A stretch of DNA of 64,000 nt from Pseudomonadota bacterium. Lineage in GTDB: Bacteria; Pseudomonadota; Alphaproteobacteria; SHVZ01. The position numbers and the translations under genes were made by a program. The notes below the pieces were generated by a model, which was given only the letters and a program-made list of their open reading frames with translations, made no database searches and was not told the DNA's origin. The stretch's first letter is position 1. Each line of letters starts with the position of its first letter. The stretch is from NCBI GenBank assembly GCA_016195085.1, contig JACQAG010000054.1, forward strand, positions 7,045-71,044. The letters run 5' to 3'. Below, one piece after another: positions 8,161 through 17,916 of the stretch.

Positions 8161-10527
8161 TCAGGCCGAGATCTGGGCGGCGTGCCCGAAGAGGCGGGCG
8201 GAGTCGGGCTCGACGAAACGCGGCGTGGCTTGGAATGCGATCTGACCGGCGATGCCCGTGCCCTCGCAGGCCTTGGTGAAGATGGCATTGATCTCGCGCC
8301 GCATGTCCGCCGGCAGCGCGGCCTTGGTGCGAATAACGAGATCGAGCCGCTTGGCATGCACCAGCCCATCCAGCTGGAAGGCGCCGAGCCTGGTCAGGTC
8401 AAGATCGACCAGGAACCGGGTCGACGGCTCCTGCGCCTCCCTCTCGGTCTGCTCCTGGCCGCCATCCTTATGCACGTACAGGCGGAGCTGCCTGATCGCC
8501 TCGCCGTCGAACACCGGCACGAACAGGGCGCGCCAATCCCCGGAGCTGGTTTTTGCATCGCTCGCCTCCGCCATCTGCCGGAATTCCTGGCCGAGCTTGC
8601 TCAAGAGCCGGCCGCGACCGCTGCGCTCGAGCGCGCTCGTGCTCTGCTCGCCGAGCCACGCCCGCACGTCGCCGCCCTTGAGGGCTGCGATGAAGAAAGC
8701 GAGCCCACCGGCGAGCTGTTGACCCGGGCGGGCGATCACGTGCTCGCTCAGCGACTGGGCCAGCTGCGGGTTGATCGCCCGCAAGGCATCCAGCGCTTCG
8801 GCGAGGGCCGGCCATTCATGGGCGAGCTGGATCAAAGGGTCGGGCTTGACCGCGCCCGGCGCCGCGCCGCTCGTCGCCAGCTTCGGCGCCAGCGACAGCA
8901 CCTCCATGCTGATTGGAGTGCCGACCGGTGGACTCATGCGCGTGACGAGAGTGAAAACACCATCCTCCGTGTCGACGACAGGCTCGCCCGCGAGCGTGGT
9001 GCCGGTGATCGAGCCGGTGAGGATCGGTGCGCCGGCTTGGGGGAGAACCGGCGGTCCCGAGCCGCCGAGGCTGAGCACGCGCACCAGGATGGCGCCACCG
9101 GGTCTGAGCGCCAGGACCGGATTGGCATGGGGACCGATTTCGGCCGGCGCGAGGTCTGCCGAGCCGTCGCTCGCGCCTGCTTGGGCCGGGGTGGCCGGTG
9201 CCGAGGTCTCGCTCGCCGCCGCGCCGGGCGGAGGTGCCGCGGTGCTTGCTGCGGCGTTGGCCGCTGCGCTCGCCTTCTGGGCGGCCGGCGATGCGGGGCC
9301 GGTGAGCGGAGTGGCTGGTGGAGTCGGCGACCGAGCCGCCGCATCTGCCGGTGGGCTCGCCGCGGCGACTGACGCTGGTGTTGCAGCCGCGGGGACGGGC
9401 GCTGGCGCCACCGAGGGGGGCGTCGACATCGAAGGAGGTGCGGCCGCTGCTTGCGGCGCCGCAGCCCCTCTGGCGGTGGCAGGCGCGGGTCCCGCCGTTG
9501 CCGGTGCGGCGCCGCGCGCGCCCCCAGCCGAGGCGAGGAGCCCGAGGGCGGAGAGCAGATTCTGCACGAGCCCGCTGCCCGGCGCGGCGCTGACACTGCC
9601 CGGTGAAGCGGCGGCCGCCACATAGGCCGGCTGGGCCGGCATGTTCGGCACCGGCTCGCCGGGCGCGGGCTCGTTGCCGGAAGTGCCCGCCGGTACCGCG
9701 GTCGCTGGATAGGGCGATTGCGGACGCGCCGGTGCGGGGCGGTTGGCCGGAGATTTCGGATCGCTCGGCGCTTCGACGGCCGCTTCGAGCAGCATCGTCG
9801 CCAAAGTCTGAGGGCTCACCAGCGTCGCCGGCCGGCGGGCGGCCGGGTCTGCTTGCGGATCGCTGGGCACGGCCAAGCGCGGCACGGGCAGGGGCTGCGG
9901 CAAGGTTGCCACGGGCGGGGGTGCCGTGTTGGGCGGAGATACGGTGTTGGATGCGGGCGGCGTGTTGGGCGGAGACGCCGCGCTCGGCAGAGGCGCCGTG
10001 TTGGGCAGCGGTGCCGGCGCGCCTGCCTCGGCGCTTTGACCTTGGCCCGGGCTGCGCTGCGCCAGCACTGCGGTAACGACGGTGCCGGGTGTGAGCACGA
10101 TCGCCGGGTCAAGCGGCGCCGTCGGATTGCCGAGGTTGACCGCCGGCTCTGCAACCGGGCTTGCCGTGGCGCCGGGTCCGGCAGAGGCCGGCGCCCTGCC
10201 GTCGCTGACCGAGAGCAGAGCCACCTGCGGGACGGCGCCGGTGCTCTGCACTTGCAAGGCCACCTTGGCGCCGTCGGGGAGGGCGGTCGCCAGCGCGATC
10301 GGTCCGTGATCGGTCACCACGAGCGCGCGGCCCTGCTCATCGGTGCCGGCGACGGTGCCTTGGATGATGGCGCCGGCATTGACGCTCGCAAATTCCGGCG
10401 GCGGATTCTGCACCGGCAGCAGCGGCAGCGCCGGCTGCACCGCCGATACGGTCTGCGTCGGACTGGCCTGCGGAACGGCTGGAGCTAGCTGAGGTCCCGC
10501 AGCCGCCGTAGGCAGGATGGTGCTCAC
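8161..10527 (-). CDS. Pro/Ala-rich protein with a FliK-like C-terminal domain
   Basis: Long low-complexity P/A/S/T region; C-terminal RFLVDLDLTRLGAFQLDGLV..KRLDLVIRT; last large gene of the fliF-flhG operon. Confidence 0.6.
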   Translation of the reverse strand: MSTILPTAAAGPQLAPAVPQASPTQTVSAVQPALPLLPVQNPPPEFASVNAGAIIQGTVAGTDEQGRALVVTDHGPIALATALPDGAKVALQVQSTGAVPQVALLSVSDGRAPASAGPGATASPVAEPAVNLGNPTAPLDPAIVLTPGTVVTAVLAQRSPGQGQSAEAGAPAPLPNTAPLPSAASPPNTPPASNTVSPPNTAPPPVATLPQPLPVPRLAVPSDPQADPAARRPATLVSPQTLATMLLEAAVEAPSDPKSPANRPAPARPQSPYPATAVPAGTSGNEPAPGEPVPNMPAQPAYVAAAASPGSVSAAPGSGLVQNLLSALGLLASAGGARGAAPATAGPAPATARGAAAPQAAAAPPSMSTPPSVAPAPVPAAATPASVAAASPPADAAARSPTPPATPLTGPASPAAQKASAAANAAASTAAPPPGAAASETSAPATPAQAGASDGSADLAPAEIGPHANPVLALRPGGAILVRVLSLGGSGPPVLPQAGAPILTGSITGTTLAGEPVVDTEDGVFTLVTRMSPPVGTPISMEVLSLAPKLATSGAAPGAVKPDPLIQLAHEWPALAEALDALRAINPQLAQSLSEHVIARPGQQLAGGLAFFIAALKGGDVRAWLGEQSTSALERSGRGRLLSKLGQEFRQMAEASDAKTSSGDWRALFVPVFDGEAIRQLRLYVHKDGGQEQTEREAQEPSTRFLVDLDLTRLGAFQLDGLVHAKRLDLVIRTKAALPADMRREINAIFTKACEGTGIAGQIAFQATPRFVEPDSARLFGHAAQISA
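9922..10010 (-). repeat. Degenerate in-frame 18-bp-period repeat (PNT units)
   Basis: GTGTTGG recurs at 9926, 9944, 9962 and 9998 on the + strand; encodes PNTAPLPSAASPPNTPPASNTVSPPNTAPP. Confidence 0.6.
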
Positions 10528-10539
10528 GGCCCGAGCCGG

Positions 10540-11325
10540 CTACCCGCCGACGAGGTTGCGCACGATCGCCTCGACGTCGGCGGCTGCATCGGAGCCGGGA
10601 TGGCGCGTGAGCAGCGGTGTTTGATTGCGAATGCTTTCGACCACCTTCTTATCGCGTCTGACGATGCCGGCGAGCGGCGGCGCGATCTTGAGGAAGCCCT
10701 GGCAAGCCCGAAGCAGCGTCTGGTAGGTGCGTTGGCCTTCGGCGACGGAGCCCGCCATGTTGACGACGACGCGGATATCCACCTCGGGCTCGTCGGCATG
10801 GGTCACCTTGATGAACGCATAGGCGTCGGTGAGCGACGTCGGTTCTACCGTGGTTACCACCAGGCAGGTGCCGGCGCTCGCCGCCAGGAGCCGCACGGTG
10901 CGATCGAGACCGGCTCCGAGATCGAGGACGACGCTGTCATAGCTTGCGGCGAGCGCCACCAGCTCGGAGCGAAGCTGCGTCAGGCGCTGGCCGGGGAGGG
11001 TCGCCAGCGAGCCGTTGCCGGAGCGGCCGGCGATGATGTCGAAGCCGCCGTCGCCGTAGCGGGTGGTGGCCTGGGCGAGGGTGATGCGGCCGCCGATGAC
11101 GCCGCCCAGATCCCGCTCCGGCATCAGGCCCAGCTGAATGTCGACATTCGCCAGGCCAAGATCTCCGTCGAACAGGAGAGCCTTGCGGCCATGGCGGGCG
11201 AAGGCATGGGCGAGCGTGATGGCAAACCAGGTCTTGCCGACACCGCCCTTGCCGGAGGCGACAGCGATGGCGTTGCGCGCTTTGGGCAACGGCGAGGCTC
11301 CAGCGGCGGAATGGACGGTCGTCAT
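10540..11325 (-). CDS. flhG: MinD/ParA-family flagellar number regulator FlhG/FleN
   Basis: ASGKGGVGKT deviant Walker A, DGDLGLANVD, EPTSLTDAYAFIK; follows flhF. Confidence 0.9.
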   Translation of the reverse strand: MTTVHSAAGASPLPKARNAIAVASGKGGVGKTWFAITLAHAFARHGRKALLFDGDLGLANVDIQLGLMPERDLGGVIGGRITLAQATTRYGDGGFDIIAGRSGNGSLATLPGQRLTQLRSELVALAASYDSVVLDLGAGLDRTVRLLAASAGTCLVVTTVEPTSLTDAYAFIKVTHADEPEVDIRVVVNMAGSVAEGQRTYQTLLRACQGFLKIAPPLAGIVRRDKKVVESIRNQTPLLTRHPGSDAAADVEAIVRNLVGG

Positions 11326-12344
11326 GACGCGGCCCTATTGCGGTAGACCTGCTCTTCCTCCGCGCTCAAATCGGGAAGCAAGAGTCGTGCCAAAGACACG
11401 GGATTCAAAGCCTTAAGCCCTTCGGCGACCGACGCGGTGATGCTGACATCGGCGAATTTGAGGCGGCTGCCATCGACCGCGACCAAGAGGCTCGCGAGCC
11501 GCCGCGCCAGGTCGATGCGGGTTGCAACCAGGCTCTTGGCGCCGACGGCGGCGAAGGCGCGGGCGATGTCGGCTGCTTCCAAAGGATCCCCCCCGGCGGC
11601 GAGGACAAGCGCAGTCTCGGCCTTCGCGGCCTCCACCAGCTTCGCAAGCGCGCGCATCTCGTCCTCCAGATAGGGATTGCGACCGGCGGTGTCGATGATC
11701 GTCACGCCATTGCGCCCGCAGGCCGCGAGCGCGTCCTGCAGACGCTGCGGCGATTCCGCGGTCATGACGTCGATCTTGAGGACGCGGGCGAAGACCTCGA
11801 GCTGCTCGTAGCCGCCGGCACGCTCGAGATCGGTGGTGATCAGATTGACCTCGCGCTTGCGCATGACCGCGCGGGCGGCGAGCTTGGCAACGGTCAGCGT
11901 CTTGCCCACCCCGGGGGGGCCGATCAGCATGATCGGCTGGCGCTGGCGGCCGTCGGGAAGCGGATGAAAGCTGAAGGTCCCGTCGAGCGCGCCGGCCAAG
12001 GCCAGGATCGGATCGTCGACGCCGAGCGTGGTGGCCGCGCGCAACAGCCGCTCCGCCAAATTCGCCGGCACCCCATGCCGGTCGAGCGCATCGCTCAGCA
12101 CCTCGATGGTGTCTTCGCGTCGGGCCGGACGCTGCCCCGGCCGACCGTCGGAGTTTCGTCCTTTACCCGGCGCCGCGGCGCCGTCGACTTCCGCCTCGTA
12201 GCCCTCGAGCGCAGCGGTCACCCGCACGCCCTGGCCCCCTTCGCCCCGCTGGGTCGAGACGATGATCGCCTCCTCGCCCAAATGCTCGCGCACCAGCCGC
12301 ATGGCATCGGACATGGTCGAAGCATTGAAGGTCTTGAGGCGCAT
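11322..12344 (-). CDS. flhF: SRP-family GTPase FlhF
   Basis: MRLKTF..TMSDAMRLVREHLGEEAIIVST N-terminus, GPPGVGKT..AKLAA, DTAGRN. Confidence 0.9.
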   Translation of the reverse strand: MRLKTFNASTMSDAMRLVREHLGEEAIIVSTQRGEGGQGVRVTAALEGYEAEVDGAAAPGKGRNSDGRPGQRPARREDTIEVLSDALDRHGVPANLAERLLRAATTLGVDDPILALAGALDGTFSFHPLPDGRQRQPIMLIGPPGVGKTLTVAKLAARAVMRKREVNLITTDLERAGGYEQLEVFARVLKIDVMTAESPQRLQDALAACGRNGVTIIDTAGRNPYLEDEMRALAKLVEAAKAETALVLAAGGDPLEAADIARAFAAVGAKSLVATRIDLARRLASLLVAVDGSRLKFADVSITASVAEGLKALNPVSLARLLLPDLSAEEEQVYRNRAAS

Positions 12345-12365
12345 GGCGTTCGGGTGGGGCTGTCT

Positions 12366-14483
12366 CTAAATCTGGCCGAGCGTCTTGATCTTGGCTTTGG
12401 GGTGGATCTCGTTCTGCGACATCACCACTGTCGCCGGCCGGAACCGCTCGATGATCGAGCGCACATAGGGCCGGATCACCGGGCTGGTGAGCAGCGCCGG
12501 TACCTCGCCCATCATGGCAAAGCGCTCGAAGGTCTGGCGCACGGCGGTGATGAACTCCTGCAGCTTCGAGGGCGCCATGGAGAGCTGGCGATCGTCGCCG
12601 CTGCCGACCAGCGACTCGGCGAATGCCTGCTCCCATTCCGGCGCGAGGGTGATGAGCGGAATGTATCCCTGGTCGGCGGCATTGGCGTCGCTGATCTGGC
12701 GGGCGAGCCGGGTGCGCACATGCTCGGTGATCTGGCCGATGTTGCGGGTGAAGCCTGCCGCCTCCGAGATGCCTTCGAGGATAGTCGGCAGATCGCGAAT
12801 GGAGACGCGCTCGGATAGCAGGTTTTGCAAGACCCGCTGCAGGCCGCCGACCGAGATCTGGCTCGGGACGACGTCGGCGACGAGCTTCTGGTGGGTCTGG
12901 TTGGTCTCGTCCAGCAGCTTCTGGGCTTCGCTGAAGGACAGCAGATCGGGCATGTTGTCCTTCACCACCTCGGTCAGATGCGTCGTGATCACCGTCGGCG
13001 GATCGACGACCGTATAGCCGCGGAACATCGCCTCTTCGCGATTGGATTGCGGCACCCAGACCGCCGGCAGGCCGAAGGTGGGCTCGGTCGTCTCCTCGCC
13101 GGCGAGATTGATCTTGCCGCCGCGGGGATCCATGACCAGCAGCATCCCGGGTCGCAGATCGCCGCGCCCGGCCTCGACTTCTTTTACTCTCAGCACATAG
13201 CTGTTGGCCGGAAGCTGCAAATTGTCCTGGATGCGCACCGAGGGCATGATGAAGCCCATCTCGGAGGCGAGCTGGCGGCGGAGCGCCTTGATCTGGTCCG
13301 TCAGCCGGCCGCCCTCCGCATTGCGCACGAGCGGCAGCAGGCCGTAGCCCAGCTCGAGGCGAATGAGATCGATGGCAAGCGCGGTCGAGATCGGCTCTTC
13401 GGCCACCGGCGCCGGCTTCATCGCTTCGGCCTGGCGCTCCTGCTCGCGCACCTGGCGGCGCTGCATCTGCGCATAGGCGACGTAGCCCATGAACGCAGCC
13501 AGCGCCAGGAACGGAACCTTCGGGATGCCGGGGAGCATGGCCAAGACCACCAGAAGGCCGCCGCTCATCGCCAGCGCCTTCGGGTAGGCGGCGAGCTGGC
13601 CGAGGAGCGCCCTGTCCGTGGCCCCTGAGAGGCCGGCCTTCGTTGCCAGGATGCCGGCGCCGACCGAGACGACGAGGGCCGGGATCTGCGAGACCAGCCC
13701 GTCGCCGATGGTCAGCACCGTGTAGTTGTTGAGGGCTTGGCTGAGGGAGAGCCCGTGCTGGAAGGTGCCGATCAGCAATCCGCCGAGGATGTTGATGAAG
13801 GTGATGAGCACGCCGGCAACCGCGTCGCCGCGCACGAATTTCGAGGCGCCGTCCATGGCGCCGTAGAAGGTGCTCTCGTCCTCGAGCTCCTTGCGCCGCC
13901 GCCGCGCCTCGCGCTCCTCGATCAGCCCCGCCGAGAGATCGGAGTCGATCGCCATCTGCTTGCCCGGCATGCCGTCGAGGGCAAAGCGGGCGGCGACTTC
14001 GGCGATGCGCCCCGAGCCCTTGGTGATGACGATGAAGTTGATGATGATCAGGATGCTGAAGACGACCACGCCGATGATGAAATTGCCGCCCATCATGAAC
14101 TTGCCGAAGGCCTCGATGACGTGCCCGGCGGCGCCGGTGCCCGAATGGCCGTTCTCCAGGATGAGGCGGGTGGCGGCGATGTTGAGCGCCAGGCGCAAGA
14201 GCGTCGTGACCAGGAGGATGGTCGGGAAGGCGCTGAGATCGAGCGGCTTCTGGATGAACATGACGGTCATCAGGATCAGGAACGCCACGGTGATCGAGAT
14301 GCCGAGACTGATGTCCAAGAGCCAAGTCGGCATCGGCACCAGGAGCACGCCCATGATCGCCATGACGCCGAAGGCAAGCCCGAGATCCGAGTTGCCCTTG
14401 GTTAGGCCCTGAAGCTGCTGCCAGAATCCACCGAGATTGACCTCGGCCTGAGGTTGCGGCTGCTCGTTGGCGGTTTCGGCCAT
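12366..14483 (-). CDS. flhA: Flagellar export gate protein FlhA
   Basis: FPTILLVTTLLRLALN, RIAEVAARFALDGMPGKQMAID, FYGAMDGASKFVRGDA. Confidence 0.98.
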   Translation of the reverse strand: MAETANEQPQPQAEVNLGGFWQQLQGLTKGNSDLGLAFGVMAIMGVLLVPMPTWLLDISLGISITVAFLILMTVMFIQKPLDLSAFPTILLVTTLLRLALNIAATRLILENGHSGTGAAGHVIEAFGKFMMGGNFIIGVVVFSILIIINFIVITKGSGRIAEVAARFALDGMPGKQMAIDSDLSAGLIEEREARRRRKELEDESTFYGAMDGASKFVRGDAVAGVLITFINILGGLLIGTFQHGLSLSQALNNYTVLTIGDGLVSQIPALVVSVGAGILATKAGLSGATDRALLGQLAAYPKALAMSGGLLVVLAMLPGIPKVPFLALAAFMGYVAYAQMQRRQVREQERQAEAMKPAPVAEEPISTALAIDLIRLELGYGLLPLVRNAEGGRLTDQIKALRRQLASEMGFIMPSVRIQDNLQLPANSYVLRVKEVEAGRGDLRPGMLLVMDPRGGKINLAGEETTEPTFGLPAVWVPQSNREEAMFRGYTVVDPPTVITTHLTEVVKDNMPDLLSFSEAQKLLDETNQTHQKLVADVVPSQISVGGLQRVLQNLLSERVSIRDLPTILEGISEAAGFTRNIGQITEHVRTRLARQISDANAADQGYIPLITLAPEWEQAFAESLVGSGDDRQLSMAPSKLQEFITAVRQTFERFAMMGEVPALLTSPVIRPYVRSIIERFRPATVVMSQNEIHPKAKIKTLGQI

Positions 14484-14500
14484 GACCGGCTTCTACCGGC

Positions 14501-15874
14501 TCAGCTCGTCAAGCTCGCGCGCTCGCCCTCGCCCGGCATCGGCACCGGCACGCCCTCCTGGGTGTATTGCTTCAGCTTGTTGCGGAGCGTGCGGATGGAG
14601 ATGCCGAGAATATTGGCGGCGTGCGTACGGTTGCCAAGGCAATGCTGGAGCGTGTCGATTATGAGGTCGCGCTCGACGTCGGCCACGGTGCGGCCAACGA
14701 GCTGGGTGCGCTCGCCGGTGGCACGGGAGGAGGCGGCCTTGGCCGCCGCCGGCACCACGCCGCCATCGCCGCTTTGCTCGCCGGTGAGCATGATGTTCTC
14801 GACCTCGATCGCCGAGCCTTGGGCCAGGAGCACGGCGCGGTGCATGGTGTTTTCCAGCTCGCGCACATTGCCCTTCCAATGGTGGGCCTGCAGGCGCTCG
14901 AGTGCGCCGGGCGACAGCGACTTATCCGGCAGGCCGTTGGCGGCGGCATACTTTTTGGAGAAATACTCCGCCAGCGCGTGAATGTCCGCCGGCCGCTCGC
15001 GCAGGCCGGGCATGCGCAGATTGAACACGTTCAGCCGGAAATACAGATCCTCGCGGAACTCGCCCTTCTTGACCGACTCATCGAGATCGCGGTTCGAGGT
15101 GGCCAGCAGGCGGATGTTCACCTTGACCGGCTGATTGCCGCCGACACGGTCGATCTCGCGTTCCTGCACGGCGCGCAAGAGCTTCGCCTGCAGGCGCGGA
15201 TGCATCTCGCTGATCTCGTCCAGGAGCAGCGTGCCGCCATTGGCCTCCTCGAACTTGCCGACACGTCGGGCGATGGCGCCCGTGAACGAGCCCTTCTCGT
15301 GCCCGAACAGCTCGCTTTCCAGCAGGTTCTCCGGAATGGCGGCGCAATTGACCGAGACGAACTTCTCGTTCGACCGCCGGCTCTTGGCGTGGAGATAGCG
15401 GGCCATCACCTCCTTGCCGGTACCGGATTCTCCGGTGATGAGCACGCTCGCGTCCGACGGCGCGATCTGATCGGCGAGCCTGATGACGCTCGCCATCGCC
15501 GGGTCGCGGTAGACGAGCCGCGTGCTGTCCTCCGCGACCGCCTCCAGGACCGCGGCGATCAGCTCGGCATTGGGCGGCAGGGGAATGTATTCCTTGGCGC
15601 CGGCCTTGATCGCCTGCACCGCCGCATTGGCATCGGTGCCGATGCCGCAGGCCACCACCGGCACGTTGATCCGCTCGTTCTTCAGGCTGCTGACGAGCAT
15701 CGCCACGTCGAGCTTGACGTCGATCATCACCAGATCGGCGCCTTGGCCGGAGCGCAGAGCGGTCATCGCCGCTGGGATCGCCTGCACATGGGCAACCTTG
15801 GCGCCGCGCTCGTGCGCGATCTTGCCGGCGGTGGTTATATGGCCGTCGAGCGAGCCGACGATGAGTAGCCGCAT
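14501..15874 (-). CDS. flbD: Sigma54-dependent flagellar activator FlbD
   Basis: Receiver domain, GESGTGKE, ESELFGHEKGSFTGA, C-terminal GNRTHAANILGISIRTLRNKL helix-turn-helix; position in the fliF operon. Confidence 0.92.
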   Translation of the reverse strand: MRLLIVGSLDGHITTAGKIAHERGAKVAHVQAIPAAMTALRSGQGADLVMIDVKLDVAMLVSSLKNERINVPVVACGIGTDANAAVQAIKAGAKEYIPLPPNAELIAAVLEAVAEDSTRLVYRDPAMASVIRLADQIAPSDASVLITGESGTGKEVMARYLHAKSRRSNEKFVSVNCAAIPENLLESELFGHEKGSFTGAIARRVGKFEEANGGTLLLDEISEMHPRLQAKLLRAVQEREIDRVGGNQPVKVNIRLLATSNRDLDESVKKGEFREDLYFRLNVFNLRMPGLRERPADIHALAEYFSKKYAAANGLPDKSLSPGALERLQAHHWKGNVRELENTMHRAVLLAQGSAIEVENIMLTGEQSGDGGVVPAAAKAASSRATGERTQLVGRTVADVERDLIIDTLQHCLGNRTHAANILGISIRTLRNKLKQYTQEGVPVPMPGEGERASLTS

Positions 15875-15905
15875 GAGACGTCTCCGATCGAGCGAGTTCC
15901 GCTCT

Positions 15906-16751
15906 TCAGTCGAAATTCCTGAGCCGCTTGTCGGGCGGCAGCAAGGTGTTGAGCAGCATTTCCAGCCGCCGAGGATTCTCTTGCCGCCCGATGGAAGCGG
16001 CGGCGGTCAGGTAGATCGTGTTGACGAGGGCCTCCTCGCCCGAATTGCGGTCGAGCTTGGCCGCCAGCGGCGCAAACAGCATGTTGCCGAGGACCGCACC
16101 GTAGAACGTGGTGAGCAACGCCACCGCCATGCCCGGACCGATCGCCGCCGGATTGTCCAAATGGGCCAGCATCTGCACGAGCCCGACCAGCGTACCGATG
16201 AGGCCCATGGCCGGCGCCACTTCGGCCGCCCGACGGAGCACGCTGGCGCTTCTCTGATGCCGCGACATGATGGCGACCAGCTCCTGGTGCATGACGTGCT
16301 CGACCTCCTCCGGCGAGGCGCCGTCGACGACCATGGAGAGGGCTCGCCGGAGAAAGGGAAGAGCGCCGAGGAGGCCGAGCTGCCGCTCCAGCACCAGCAC
16401 ACCCTGGTTGCGGGCTAGCTGCGCCAGCTCAAGCACGTGCTCGGCGGCCTGGCGCGGGTCCCGGCTGGCGCGAACCAGCGCCAGCGCCACCGCCTTCTGC
16501 GTGCGGGCGATGTCGCTAAGCGAGAAGCACACCGTCGTCACCGCGAAGGTGCCGCCGAAGACGATGAGCGCCGCCGGCAAGTCGATGAAGGCGGAGGGCG
16601 AGCCGCCCAGCGCCATGGCCGCAAACATCAGACCAAAACCGGCGGTCAAGCCGAGAAAGGTGGCGAGATCGACCTGCCGGCGCGGCGGTGCGGCGGAGCG
16701 CTCGCTGGGCGCGATGTCGGTCAATTTGATCCTGGTGGCCGGATGGGTCAT
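15906..16751 (-). CDS. motA: Flagellar stator protein MotA/PomA
   Basis: DLATFLG, IVFGGT, APAMGLIGTLVGLVQML, IGPGMAVALLTTFYG, ENPR. Confidence 0.88.
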   Translation of the reverse strand: MTHPATRIKLTDIAPSERSAAPPRRQVDLATFLGLTAGFGLMFAAMALGGSPSAFIDLPAALIVFGGTFAVTTVCFSLSDIARTQKAVALALVRASRDPRQAAEHVLELAQLARNQGVLVLERQLGLLGALPFLRRALSMVVDGASPEEVEHVMHQELVAIMSRHQRSASVLRRAAEVAPAMGLIGTLVGLVQMLAHLDNPAAIGPGMAVALLTTFYGAVLGNMLFAPLAAKLDRNSGEEALVNTIYLTAAASIGRQENPRRLEMLLNTLLPPDKRLRNFD

Positions 16752-16763
16752 GGCAAGCGAGCT

Positions 16764-17117
16764 CTACGACCTCTCCGACTTGATGATTTCCGTCATGGTC
16801 ACGCCGAGGCGCTCGTCCACGATCACCACCTCGCCGCGAGCGACGAGGCGATTGTTGACGTAGATGTCGATCGCCTCGCCGACCTTGCGGTCGAGCTCGA
16901 CCACGGCGCCGCGGCCGAGCTTCAAGAGGTTGCTCACCTGCATCGTGGCCTTGCCCAAGACCGCGGAGACCTGCACGGGAATGTCGTAGACCGCCTCGAG
17001 ATCGCGTGCCGATTGCGGGCCGCGCCCCGCATCGATCGCTTCGTCCTCTTCCTCCGCTTGCGCGGCTTGTGCGCCGGCCTCGAGCTCGTTCAGCTCCAGA
17101 TTTTCGTCCTTACCCAT
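16764..17117 (-). CDS. fliN: Motor switch protein FliN
   Basis: DIPVQVSAVLG..LLKLGRGAVVELDRKVGEAIDIYVNNRLVARGEVV. Confidence 0.96.
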   Translation of the reverse strand: MGKDENLELNELEAGAQAAQAEEEDEAIDAGRGPQSARDLEAVYDIPVQVSAVLGKATMQVSNLLKLGRGAVVELDRKVGEAIDIYVNNRLVARGEVVIVDERLGVTMTEIIKSERS

Positions 17118-17168
17118 GCTGCGTTCTCCTCATGCGAGCCGCTCTCGCGCGGCGGACGCCGACTCGTG

Positions 17169-17900
17169 TCATGCGCTGGCGGCAGCGGCGGAAGCGGGCA
17201 GGGCAGGGGCGGCGCCCTCCTCGGCGTCCGGTGAACGATCGAGCGCGCGGGCGACGATACGATCGATCTCGCGCCACTGCTCCTCGTTCAGGCGCTCGGC
17301 CGCCCCCGACGACCACTCCAACCGACAATCGCTGTCGCCCAGCGACTCCTCGCCGAACAGCACGAGTTGCCCCTCGAAGCTGCAGGCCTTGCCGGCGGCC
17401 TCGATCTGCGGGCGGAGCGGTTCGACCAGCTCGCTCGATACCCGGATGACGATGCGCGGCTCGTCGATCAAGGTCTCGATCACCTGGCGAACCAGGCTCT
17501 GGATCTCCTCGGAGCCGTGGCGGCGGACATGGGCGGGAATGACCTTGCGTGCGATCGCGTGGGTAACCTCGAGCGCATTCTGCATGGTCTCGTGGATCGC
17601 CTGGCTCTGGTCGCGGCCGAGCTCGGCCAGGGCCCGGCTCACCTGGTCCATGGCATCGGCGAGACGGCGCTCGAGCGAGGCCTGAGCCTCGACCAGGCCG
17701 GTATTGCGGCCTTCGTTGAAGCCCGCCTGGCGCGCCGCCTGCAGCTCCTCTTCGGAAAATGTCGGCGGCGGCGGCGCGGCGTTGGCTTCGGCTTCCTGGG
17801 CGGCGCGCTCCTCCTCCTCGCGCAGCCGATGAGCGCGCTCGACCGGCGTCTCCTCATCGAAGGAGTTCTCGAAAAGATACGGGCGGATCGTTGCCGGCAC
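17169..17900 (-). CDS. fliH: Flagellar assembly protein FliH
   Basis: YLFENSFD N-terminus, AxxxGxxxG repeats, DCRLEWSSG; between fliG and fliN. Confidence 0.85.
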   Translation of the reverse strand: MPATIRPYLFENSFDEETPVERAHRLREEEERAAQEAEANAAPPPPTFSEEELQAARQAGFNEGRNTGLVEAQASLERRLADAMDQVSRALAELGRDQSQAIHETMQNALEVTHAIARKVIPAHVRRHGSEEIQSLVRQVIETLIDEPRIVIRVSSELVEPLRPQIEAAGKACSFEGQLVLFGEESLGDSDCRLEWSSGAAERLNEEQWREIDRIVARALDRSPDAEEGAAPALPASAAAASA

Positions 17901-17916
17901 TGGGCATTCCCCGGGG

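Noticed and set aside
11588..11920. C7/G7 homopolymers in flhF (also G7 in chpT) as phase-variation tracts
   Set aside because: Too short, expected at this GC content, and the reading frames are intact
12163..14325. 720-aa alternative-frame ORF over flhA, and similar long ORFs (14567-15868, 20885-22735, 23450-24757, 53794-56343)
   Set aside because: Arg/Gly/His-rich off-frame or antisense translations overlapping well-supported genes
15270..15320. GSFTGA instead of GAFTGA in FlbD as a sign of inactivity
   Set aside because: This is a conservative variant that keeps the F-T-G-A core, and a cognate sigma54 promoter with enhancer is present
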